Source of the DNA: Octopus sinensis
Taxonomy: Eukaryota
Reading direction: 5' to 3'
Assembly (NCBI RefSeq): GCF_006345805.1
Contig: NC_042998.1
Span: 112,840,001-112,904,000 of the forward strand
Length of the DNA: 64,000 bases
The position numbers and the translations under genes are program-made. Shown piece by piece: positions 12,101-24,227 of the stretch. Below the pieces are notes generated by a model. The model was given only the letters and a program-made list of their open reading frames with translations. It was not told the DNA's origin and did no database searches. Position 1 is the stretch's first letter. Each line of letters begins with the position of its first letter.

Positions 12101-14500
12101 ACAACAAGGAAAGATACATTGGATGATATCTGAATAAAGGATGGAAGGTCATGGCTGGGAACATCTTTGATCATAAGTCTGCTAGACAGAGTGGATCTGG
12201 AGTAAAACAACATCAAAAGCACAATGATGAAAAACTGCTAAGTTCATTCACCTACCTTACACTACAAAATTGTTCCTTACCTTATGGAATGGGTGAGTGT
12301 AAAAGCAAATAGCTCTTCCAATGATGTCAATTCATAAGGGTGATAATGTTCTGCAAATTCATCCACACACTCATCTGTTCTTCTGTTCACAGAAACATGT
12401 AATTGGTCGTTTAATCCTTTTTCCTCTGTAACAAAAAGAAGTATATGGATGAGCATTGCTCCTCTTGGCTGACTCATGGTACCAACTCTGAAAGAATTTT
12501 AGTTCCCAGATGAATGTTAATTAGGCAAAGCCTGAGGCTTAGCTTAATTAAAACTAACAAGACATCAACATAGGTATAGCTGTATGATTACGGAGTTTGT
12601 TTCACAACCACATGGTTCTAAGTTCAACCTTACAACATGGTGCTTTGAGCAAATGTCTCTACTTTAGCTTCAAGTGAACCAATACTTTGTGAATGAAATT
12701 TGGTAAACAGAAACTGCACAGAGTCTGACATATATATGATGTAGCATGCAGGTATGTTTGTGTAGTGAAGAGATTCATTTTACAACTACTACATGGTTTT
12801 AGGTTCAAATTCACCTTGGGCAAGTATCTTCTAACATAACCTTCAGCTGACCCAACAACTTGAGAATGAAATTCCGGTGGTACATACAAAGCACCATCCA
12901 AATGTGGTCACTGTCAGCCCCCTTGCCCATCTGGCTCCTGTGCCAGTGGTACATAAAAAGCACCCACTACACTCTTGGAGTGGCTGGTGTTAGGAAGGGC
13001 ATCCAGCTTGGAGCCTGGCACAGCCTCCTGGCTTGCCAGACCCCAGTCAAACCCAGCATGGAAAAAAGACATTAAACGATGATGATGAACTGTACTAAAG
13101 TATACATCAATCTATAATATATATATATATACTACACACACATATACGTGCATGTGTGTTAGTCTTCAAATGGCCTCATATTGACACCACTAGGGTTCAG
13201 TGATATTGGTTTATGTCCCAGCTCTTGGGTTCTATGTGCTAATTCCAGTGGCAAAACTCATACAATACTGACCCAAGAAATCTCATCCAATCCATACCAG
13301 TATGGAAAAAGCAGACATAAAAATTATGATGATATGTTTGTGTATGTGTGTTTAGCACTGGATATAATAATGAAATTATTGTATAGTGCTCAGGTGCACC
13401 ACAACTTGTCAAAAGTGCGTATAGAGTATATGCAGTAATGCACAAATGTCTGGAAAGCGAACAATGTATGAGTCAGATACATGCTTGTGTGTGTATGGAG
13501 GGGAGAAAATCAGGTGTAGTGTTGGTGAATCTCAGAAAGCATGGAAGTTTTGAAGGATGCAGTGCTCCGACAACTAACAACTGATGCCGGCAGTTTGTTC
13601 CATGCTTCAGCAACTCTCAGCGTGAAAAAATGTTTCCTAAAAATGTTTCCTGTTTTGAGGGTTTCAACCTGCAAAGTGACGCCTGTTGTTGCCAACGTTG
13701 CAGTTGTTTTGTTCCAGGTCCTCTCTAACCAGGCAAAAACCCATGATTGAAGGTCTGCAATCAGAATTATCTTTCCTTTTATTTGCATTTCAGTCATTGA
13801 ATTGTGACCATTCTGGAGCACTGCCTTAAAAGGAGTTTAGTCAAACAAATCAACTCCAGTACTTGCCGGTGACAAGTAAGAGGCACTCGTGCTGGTGGCA
13901 CAAAAGGCACTTATGCTGGTGACACACAAAAGGCACCGGTGCCAGTAACACGTATAAGGCACCCATGCCAGTGACACATTAACGGCACCTGTGCAAGTGA
14001 CACATAAAAGACACCCAGTACACTATATGGAGTGGTTGGCATTAGGAAGGGCTTCCAACCATAGGAACCAAGCCAAAACAGACAGGAGCCTGGTGCAGCT
14101 CTCTGGCTTATCATCTCCAGTCAAACCATCCAACCCATGCCAGCATGGAAAACGGATGATAAAGGATGATGATGATGGTGCATATTTTATCGGTGTCTTT
14201 AGCTGAACTGCTAGGTTGCAGGGATATAAACAAACTAACACCTGTTGTCAAATGGTTGGAGGAGGACACACACACATATACATGCTGGGCTTCCACACAG
14301 TTTTCATCTACCAAATTCACTCACAAGCATTTGGTTGGCCCAGGTTGTCAGTAGAAGGCTCTTGCCCAAGGTGCCATGCAATGGATCTGAACCTGAAACC
14401 ACATGGTTGGGAAGCAAACATCTCGACCACATGGCCATGTCTGTCCTACATACATATGTGTGTGTGTGTGTGAGAGAGAGAGACAGAAAGAGGGAGAGAC

Positions 14501-14550
<50 letters not shown>

Positions 14551-17500
14551 AATTGTGTACAGTGCTCAGGTGCACTACAACTCATCTAAAGTGTATATAT
14601 AATCAGGTGTAGTTTCGACGGATTTCGGGAAGCATGAGGGCCTTAAAGGATGTAGATAGCATCAAGTTATGCAACCAACTACCTACATGTCAACAACAGA
14701 GCTTTGATATAGTCATTCAACTTGCTAGAAATAGCAGCTAAATACCTTATTGTGCACACATTGAATAATGTAGTACTACTTATACACAAAAACAGAATAG
14801 TTTCATCAGCATGATAAAAAAAACAGTTGATGTAAAAATAGTAAAAATAATCTCACAATGTAAAGTTACTATTCAATGAATTTGTTTGGTTTCAAAAACT
14901 AAAACAAAAATTTAAAATGAATTTCTCCAAGGTGCTGACTTACCTTCATCTAGTGGTAAAGGCAGATAGTATGGCACATTGGGATCCCACCACTGACAGT
15001 AGCTGATAGTAAGATAAAGGTTAGATTTAGTAAATTATAATATAAAAGGAAACACATAGTTAAACTAATATTATGATCTTTGGCCCACAGACTTTGTTCA
15101 TCATCTCCCTCTTTGTTCTAACACTACAACTACATCGTCCTCTGCTCCTCTGAACTAGCAAGTTGGATAGCTCCTCTGAACTAGCAAGTTGGATAGCTCC
15201 TCTATCACCCTGACTAGGTCTCATGGTGCTAACCTTGTCTCTAATTGTGCCTCATGGTGTCATGCTAACCTCTTTCCTTATATCACCTTTCAAGAATTCC
15301 TTTCCCACCAATATATTTCCTGCAGACAACTATTCAGAAATGTTCAAGCTAAAGACACACCACCCTCAGTGGACCTTTGAAGGCTACAGGCACAACACCA
15401 GAGTATGAGTACAACTCAAAACCAAACCTTTAAGAAATGAACTTAACTAAGTAATAGGTTAGGTAATCCAAAATAAAATAAAGAAAAAAACACAAGAAGA
15501 AAACAACAATGCTAGGAGGTGGTAAATGCAAAGTATTAAAAGACACTCAGGGAAGCAAAGAAAGGTTGTTTTACATTTGGCTACACAGCTTTCAGGTTAA
15601 ATGGTTGATATTAAGGAGACTTGTGAATAAAACACATCATTTTATTATTATTTTTAGCTTAAAAATATGAGAATTGTGCATAGTTCTGTGAGGAAGTGTT
15701 TATGTGTATGTAAGTGTGCAGAAGAATACATGTATGATAAAGAGAATGAACTATTAGGGTATTGTTCAGCAAATTTCATATTAAAATTTACAAAACTAAA
15801 CCTACTTCCTGTACAGGAGACATGTATTTTCAACCATAGTGGAAGGTGGCCCATCTAATATGTTGGAGACTGAACAAAGTCAGTATACAAAATGGCTCTG
15901 CCCATTTGGGCTCATACAGAGGAGACATGGATTCCATAAAAACTGATTCAGAGTAAAGGGGTGGGGTGGGGCATTTACACCAGTTACAAATGATCTCTCT
16001 ACTGTTGGTAACACAATAAAATGCAGATAACCCATACTGTAAAGAGGTTGGCAATTGGAAGGGTATCCAACCATAAAAACAATGCAAAAAAAATATCAAC
16101 CAGCCAATGGAAAAAATAGATGCAAAGTGATGATAAAGATGAAAGTTATGTTAAAACAGAGTAAGCAGGAATTGTTTTGTTTTTTTTGTTTTTTTGTATA
16201 TAAGACCATACACAAATGTAGTTAAGCATTATACCTCTTTCTTGAGAGTAACTTCTTTCCAAAACAGTCAGGGTTGTGAAGATAGTAGTCAGTTGAGAGC
16301 TCCCATAAATTTGGTGTTCTAGAGTTTGGGCTATAAACTCCAAGAAATAAATTAATTGATTGCTGCTTCTCAGCATCTGGTTAGAAGAAATACCAGTATA
16401 TAATAAGAGTCAAGAAAAGAATTTGTTGAAGAAGGACAAATGATAATTCATTAACAAGATAAGTTTAATAATTGAAACAGGTAAAAAGGAAACAGATTCA
16501 GAGGAAGATGTTGCTGGTTTGTGACAACAACAATTATATACAAAAGTATGTGAATTTGGGTAAGTTTGTATATCATGAGGTGAACACAGCATGACCAGAA
16601 GATTAAAAACTTTGCTTTGCAATCACAAGATCTCAGGTTTAATCCCATTGTATATCATCTTCAGCAAGCATCTTTTATCATTACCTTGAGCTGACCCAAG
16701 CTTCTTGAATGAAACAGGATAGATATATATTGTATGGAAAGCCACCAGATGAACTGAGCTTATAATTCACACACAATGCAATGCCATGTTGATTATGTCT
16801 GAAACTAATGTTAAGGATATACATGTGTGTGTGGAATACTCAGACACTTACATGCTAATTCAATGAGCATGGAATTAAGTTGACTGAATTCTCATCATTG
16901 AAACTGACAGAGACCCATTCACCTTTATTTTTATACCATATAGTAAGGAGGAATCTGATGTTTTCCTTCATTTATCTATTTACTTTCACTCAAAGACACA
17001 GGCTCAGTAACTTACCAGAGAATGCATTGCTATAGTAACGAGATATCGTCTGAACCAAATCTCGAGAGTTATATGTCCAGGTGGCAATTTTGCGGTAACC
17101 TTTGATTCTGTGTACCAGCTGAGAGCCACCGTATTGAAGGGCTAATGTGTTTCCTTGGTCTTCATATAGTTTTTCCAACATTCTAAAAGAAGTAAACAGA
17201 ATACAATAGAATAAATGCAAGGTAAAACATCTGGAATCCAAGGAAATTGGTGATTTTCTGTGACAGCAATAATTAGTCTATAAGAGAGATTGCTAAGTCT
17301 ACTTGCTGTGCAGAATGTAGAATATGTTTCTGGATTTGCTCTTTGTCTCACAACACCACTTTTTCTCTGACTTTCATTTACAGACAAAGGGCAAGCAGCA
17401 GCCCAGGATATCAATCATCTGGAAGCCGTTCAGCGACGTGCAACCAAAAGAATACCCTCCATCAGGCACCTACCATATTCTGAATGCCTTACTTCCCTGG

Positions 17501-19866
17501 GCATGGACACATTGAAACTCCGACGTCTGGCAGCTGACTTGGCAGACGCCCATAAAATTATCAACCATCGTACAAACAATAACTCTGAGCACCTTTTCGA
17601 ACTCCACCCATCTAACACCCATGGACATATTTACAAAGTCAGAAAACAGCACAGCTCCCATGACTTTAGGAAACATTTTTTCACGCTGAGAGTTGCTGAA
17701 GCATGGAACAAACTACCGGCATCAGTTGTTAGTTGTCGGAGCACTGCATCCTTCAAAACTTCCATGCTTTCTGAGATTCGCCAACACTACACCTGATTTT
17801 CTCCCCTCCATACACACACAAGCATGTATCTGACTCGTGCATTGTTCGCTTTCCAGACATTTGTACATTACTGCATATACTCTATATGCACTTTCTGACA
17901 AGTTGTGGTGCACCTGAGCACTGTATACAATAATTTCATTATTATTATATAAAACATTAGTTGATACACTCCTCATAGCAACTAAAATAACTGAACTTTC
18001 CTATGAAATAAAAATGGTTTTAAAAATTAAATCCTTTGGTTTTTGAATAAAAAGCATATTATTAATAATATTATTTTTTTATGGCTTTATGAAAAGAAGA
18101 AGAATAGCATCTATGATCATCACAGAACCTCAAAGACTGGTGAATTGAAATGGAGGAAGAAATAATGACTTATAACCAAATTGAGGTCGATCAACATCAG
18201 GGCCTCCGTGCAGGTGACACGTAAAATACCATCCGTTCGTGGCCGTTTGCCAGCCCTGTCTGGCCCCCGTGTCGGTGGCACGTAAAAGCACCATCCGTTC
18301 GTGTTCGTTGCCAGCCTCGCCTGGCCCCCGTGCCGGTGACACGTAAAAGCACCATCCGTTCGTGGCCGTTTGCCAGCCCTGTCTGGCCCCCGTGTCGGTG
18401 GCACGTAAAAGCACCATCCGTTCGTGTTCGTTGCCAGCCTCGCCTGGCCCCCGTGCCGGTGACACGTAAAAGCACCATCCGTTCGTGGCCGTTTGCCAGC
18501 TCTGTCTGGCCCCCGTGCCGGTGACACGTAAAAGCACCATCCGTTCGTGGCCGTTTGCCAGCTCTGTCTGGCCCCCATGTTGGTGGCACGTAAAAGCACC
18601 ATCCGTTCGTGTCCGTTGCCAGCCTCGCCTGGCCCCCGTGCCGGTGACACGTAAAAGCACCATCCGTTCGTGGCCGTTTGCCAGCTCTGTCTGGCACCTG
18701 TGCGGGTGGCATGTAAAAAGCACCCACTACACTCATGGAGTGGTTGGCGTTAGGAAGGGCATCCAGCCGTAGAAACACTGCCAGATCTGACTGGGCCTGA
18801 TGAAGCCTTCCAGCTTCACAGACCCCAGTTGAACCGTCCAACCCATGCTAGCATGGAGAACGGACGCTAAATGATGATGAGGTTACTGCAGTAGGAAATA
18901 GTATATCAAAATATCAAGATTTCTATATGTCAATAAAAGACCTTACAGATTTAAACCATAGTGGACACAAATATTTTAATGCGTTGCTTGGTGTTAAATC
19001 AAGCAATGGGCTAATGTAATTATGTCTGTTATGGTTTGAAGCTGTCTAAGCATAATTAGACATAATGGAATTTGCAAAAGAGAAGTAATAATGATCTTGC
19101 TAGCAGGTAATTTTTAAATACTCAGAAAATTAAGAGTGAACAGGTGTGGGGTATGTAATGGTCAGATACCAGTGATGACCCATGCTGGTTACACGTAAAA
19201 AAGCACCATTCAAGTGTGGTTGATGCCAGTGCCGCCTGACTGGCTCCCATGTCGGTGGCATGTAAAAAGCACCCAATACACTCTCAGAGTGGTTGGCATT
19301 AGGAAGGGCATCCGGCTGTAGAAATTTTGCCAGATCAGATTGGAGCCTGGTGCAGCTTCCTGGTTTGCCAGTCCTCAGTCAAACCGTCCAACCCATGCCA
19401 GCATGGAAAGTGGACGTTAAACAAAGAAGAAGAAGAAGGGGAGGAGGGGAGTTGTGGATGGGGAAGGGAAGAGGAGGGAAGGAGGAAGAGGATGAGGAGG
19501 GGTGGGAGGAGGAGGAGGAAACTGGTCATTTTCCTTTGTCATAAATCAAACCAATGCCTCCTAAACCCTGACAGGCTTTTAAGGAAGTTCAGTGCTTCAC
19601 GACAATACAACAAAGTTGGCAATTTTTTCTGTTACTGCATGACAAAGGACCAACTGTACTGTGAGACTTGTCCAATCAATGCAAGCATTGTAAAAGCAAA
19701 GATAAAATGATGATGATGATAAACACATTGGTGGCAGCGGTGAGAACAGAACAACAATGACAAAGAGAATGATACAACAGAAAATAATAAAAAATGTTCT
19801 TACCTTACACAGTCTGTATCATATTCTAAATTGGGGCTAGAATTAACTCCCATAGCATACAACTGA

Positions 19867-19907
<41 letters not shown>

Positions 19908-22900
19908 TGATGATGATAATAATAATAATGATGATGTTTGTGATTTGTATAATACCCCTCACACAAATATTATAGAAAGCGACATCAGGGTACACCTTGA
20001 AAAGTGAAGAAAATTAAATCATGTTATATATGATTTTTATGCCTCTGGAGATGTGGACACTATACTCCAGAACATTCTGAATTCAATATGGGCAGCATGT
20101 GCAGCATCAGTACCACGCAAGCACAAAAAAACCACCCAATAGTGCAATTTGGGAGACTGCAGCAGTCCGACTTGCCAGGAAAGAACGCCGTAATGCTGAA
20201 CAGGAATACAAATTGCACAAATCAGAGAGCAACAGGAAAAAGCGCAATAGGTCAGCCAACCACCTCAAGCAGGTGACAAAAAAGGCAGTGCTTGAATTTG
20301 AACAACGCATTGCAGCTAACCCTGACAGCAAAGGGTTCTGGAAGTATGTGCACTCAAAGCAGAGACCCCACTCTCCAGTTGGTCCCCTTCGCAATCCCCA
20401 CACAGGACAGATTACTGGCAATCCCGAAGAATGTGCAGAAATCATTGCTGAATGCTATGCCGGCATCTTTACTGTCGAAGACCAAAATGTTCCATCTTCA
20501 TCACCACTGACATCGGACTCTATATCTTCTATGCAATTTACACCAGCAATGCTGCAACGCCACCTAAAGAATAAACGCAATTATGCCTCTCCTGGTCTCG
20601 ATGGTGTTACATACCTACTTCTCAAACGCGATGGGTACTTTCTTCTAAGCCAACTTTCTCTATTCTTCCAATTCTGTCTTGACAATGGTGTTACTCCAGA
20701 ACAGTGGAAAACTGCCAGTGTCATCCTTCTGTTCAAAAAAGGCGATGCACATCGCCTGTCAACTATCGCCCCGTCAGTCTTACTAGCTGCATCGCCAAAC
20801 TGATGGAATCCTGTATCAGAGAAACCCTCTGGAACTTCTGGAAGTCTCACAGCCTTATCCAGCCGTCACAATTCGGATTTATTCCTAACTCCAGCTGCTG
20901 TAATCAACTCATCGAGTTTCTTGAGGACATTACCCAAATCACTGATCGCGGATCCTGGGTGGATGTTGTTTACCTGGACTTTGCTAAGGCTTTTAACTCT
21001 GTGCCACACAAAAGACTTATGGTGAAGCTTTCTGCGTTGGGTGTAAGAGACGAACTCTATAACTGGTTAAAGTCCTTTATTTTCGGCCGAAAAGAGGTTG
21101 TCACAGTTCTAGGACAGCACTCTTCGCCCTATGAGATGACATCTGGTGTGCCGCAGGGATCTGTTCTTGGCCCCCTTTTATTTGTTGCATATGTTAATGA
21201 CATAGATCCCACTTAAAGAATGCCACAGTGCTGAAATATGCAGATGACATCAAGCTGTACCTCAAAATAAAGAGGTCAAATCCTGTACACTATGGATCTC
21301 TATTGCAAGCAGACCTGGACACAATGCAGCAGTGGATCATGGACTGGCAACTCAAGCTGGCTGTGGACAAATATACCACCATGCATTTTGGGAGGAGAAA
21401 CCCAGCGTCCACCTACTCCCTCCACAACACTAGTCTCAAAAAGTCTTCAAGTGAACGTGACCTGGGTGTTATTGTCGACAGTGATTTGCGTTGGACAAAA
21501 CACATCGCTAAAATTGTCAAGAAGGCTGAGGGTGTCTTGGCATCACTCACCAAATCCTTTGTGAGCCGCTCTCCGGCTATCTATCTGTGGCTTTATATAG
21601 CTATGGTAAGACCTCACCTGGAATTTGCATCACCGGTCTGGAACCCCTATCTTGCCCAGGACATCAATCGTCTGGAAGCTGTTCAGCGACGTGCAACCAA
21701 AAGAATACCCTCCATCAGGCATTTGCCATATCCTGAACGCCTTACTTCCCTGGGCATGGACACATTGAAACTCCGATGTCTGGCAGCTGACTTGGCAGAC
21801 GCCCATAAAATTATCAACCATCGCACAAACAATAACTCTGAGCACCTCTTCAAACTCCACCCATCTAACACCCGTGGACATATTTACAAAGTAAGAAAAC
21901 AGCACAGCTCCCATGACTTCAGGAAACATTTTTTCACGCTGAGAGTTGCTGAAGCATGGAACAAACTGCCGGCATTGGTTGTTAGTTGTCGGAGCACTGC
22001 ATCCTTCAAAACTTCCATGCTTCCTGAGATTCGCCAACACTACACTTGATTTTCTCCCCTCCATACACGCTCCATACATTTCTACATTACTGCATGTACT
22101 TTATATGCACTTTCTGACAAGTTGTGGTGCACCTGAGCATTGTATACAATAATTTCATTATTATTATTATTATTATTATATGAACAACTTTAAGATCTTT
22201 GAGAAGACTGAACATGAATAAATGGTCTGGTTTCAATAGTGCAGATATTCAGTAAGGATACTGGGATAGATTGTGGGATTAATAAGTGTGGTGTGCTTAT
22301 CATAAAAAAAAAAGCAAAATATTATCATCTGATGGTGTAGAACTACCTAACAGCAAGAAAATTAAGGATGCTGAGGTGGATGAAAGTGATGCATGGGCAA
22401 TACTTCAGAGAAATGTAAGGTAAAGACAAGACCAACACCTGGAAGTAGGTAAGGAAAAATGATCTGAAAGGATGCATTGAGGCATTGATATACTGCATTG
22501 CTTTTTTTTCTTTTCTCTCATAGAAATCAGCATTTTCAATACCATACATTTCTCTGAAGTATTGCCCATGCATCACTTTCATTTTACAGTTGTTCAATTG
22601 TTGCTCTCCATCTTGTTTCTTAAATTTACATGTTCACTTGGTATTGTGTTGCTATTTCTAACAGTAACAACCAAAAGTTCAATCTGCTCTTCGATGTACC
22701 ATCCTAAACTGTTTTTGTCATTGACAATACAAATCTTACATTCAATCCAATGAATCTTCTTCTCTTGTTTCTGGACATGTACAATCTATCAACATCACTT
22801 TTAGATGTAAAACCTTGTTGTCCCTTCACATCTCTGGTTGGGATTTGAGTGCAACTTGTATAAATTAAAGCAAAGCCAAAACGCAAAAATAATAATAAAT

Positions 22901-24190
22901 TCTAACATAATTAGACATAAAGCAATACATTTTCAGAGGGAGGCATGTAGTCAATAAGTTGCAATATTTAACAAGTACTTATTTTACTGAAACACACACA
23001 CACAGTAACTCAGAATTGTCGCAGTTTCAGCAAATCAGATCAAGCCACAAACCAAACACACACAACTCAGAAATAATGTAATTTTTTACTACTAAATAGT
23101 ATTTACCTGATATCCCAAAGCACATTTGCCAACAGCAAACTGTGCTGTGTTTGTGCGATCAAGGCAATCAACACAGTTTGTTCTCACTACTCCAGTTTGC
23201 TTTTTTCCATATTCGGTCTTTATTCCTCGAATTCCTTTAAGTCTGAAGACAATATGACAAAACAGAAAAGCCTTAAGGACAAGAATCATTTTTATCACTA
23301 AAAGTAAACACTTATTTGTTTCATATGCTTTCTAAAACCCCTCCCCGAGTATACTTCTAATGAAATTCACAATCCAAGTGTTTCAATTAATTTTCAAAAT
23401 AATAAAAAATTTAGAGGGATTTAGTACAGTAACTTTGTCATTATTCACAGAACATATCATTACAAAAGTTTCTTACACAAAATTTTTATTTAATATATGT
23501 TATCAATTTCCATGAAAGCCATGATATACTGAGAAAGAGTATATAATATCGCATATATATAAGACAAAACAAAATCACAACAAAAATCTAAAAAATGGAA
23601 TGGAATAAAGGTTTGGATAAAGAAAAACGTTTCTGTTGTTAAAACTTTCTTTAGCTTCAATTTAAGATTGATGAGCTTTGAAAATGAGTTGCATGTCCAG
23701 CCCTGTAGCTTTTTAAAACAGTTTTGTATCATGGGAACAGAAAAAAATCTCAAGTAGAATGACATCAAAAGGATTAAGCAAAGAGATAAGAAAGAAGATT
23801 ACAAAATCACAAAAATTTGAGCTGAAAAAAAGAAAATTTGGGAATTTGGGAATAGACATGCTTGTCAGCATAATTATAGTAAAATGGTGCTTTAGCTGTT
23901 CTAAAAACATTATTTTAAGGAGTGTAGTTTCAGCCATTCAGCTGAGGACATGCTAGGACACCATTATATATATAGGGTTTTTTTTTCTTCATACATATTA
24001 TTCAGTGTCAAGAGTAAGAAATAATCCTATAACATCTCTGTCTTCTCCTTATACATGTCAAACTAGGATTATTAATGTTAAACAAGAAACCTAGAGTGGA
24101 TGAAAGTTCTAGGGGTATGAAATTGTAATTCTCGGATGGCAGGACTGGTAAGTGCATTATACAGATCTAGGGAATGACACATATTAAGTA

Positions 24191-24227
<37 letters not shown>

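Noticed and set aside
18229-18725. CRISPR-like regular repeats
   Set aside because: Units are contiguous with no unique spacers, there are no cas genes, the context is a eukaryotic intron, and the unit derives from the RTE 3' UTR
18797-18840. CTGATGA as a hammerhead ribozyme core (also CTGACGA near 10446)
   Set aside because: No GAAA after the putative stem II, and no stems I/III
18120-18841. Three overlapping 176-214 aa ORFs
   Set aside because: By-product of a stop-poor GC-rich tandem repeat
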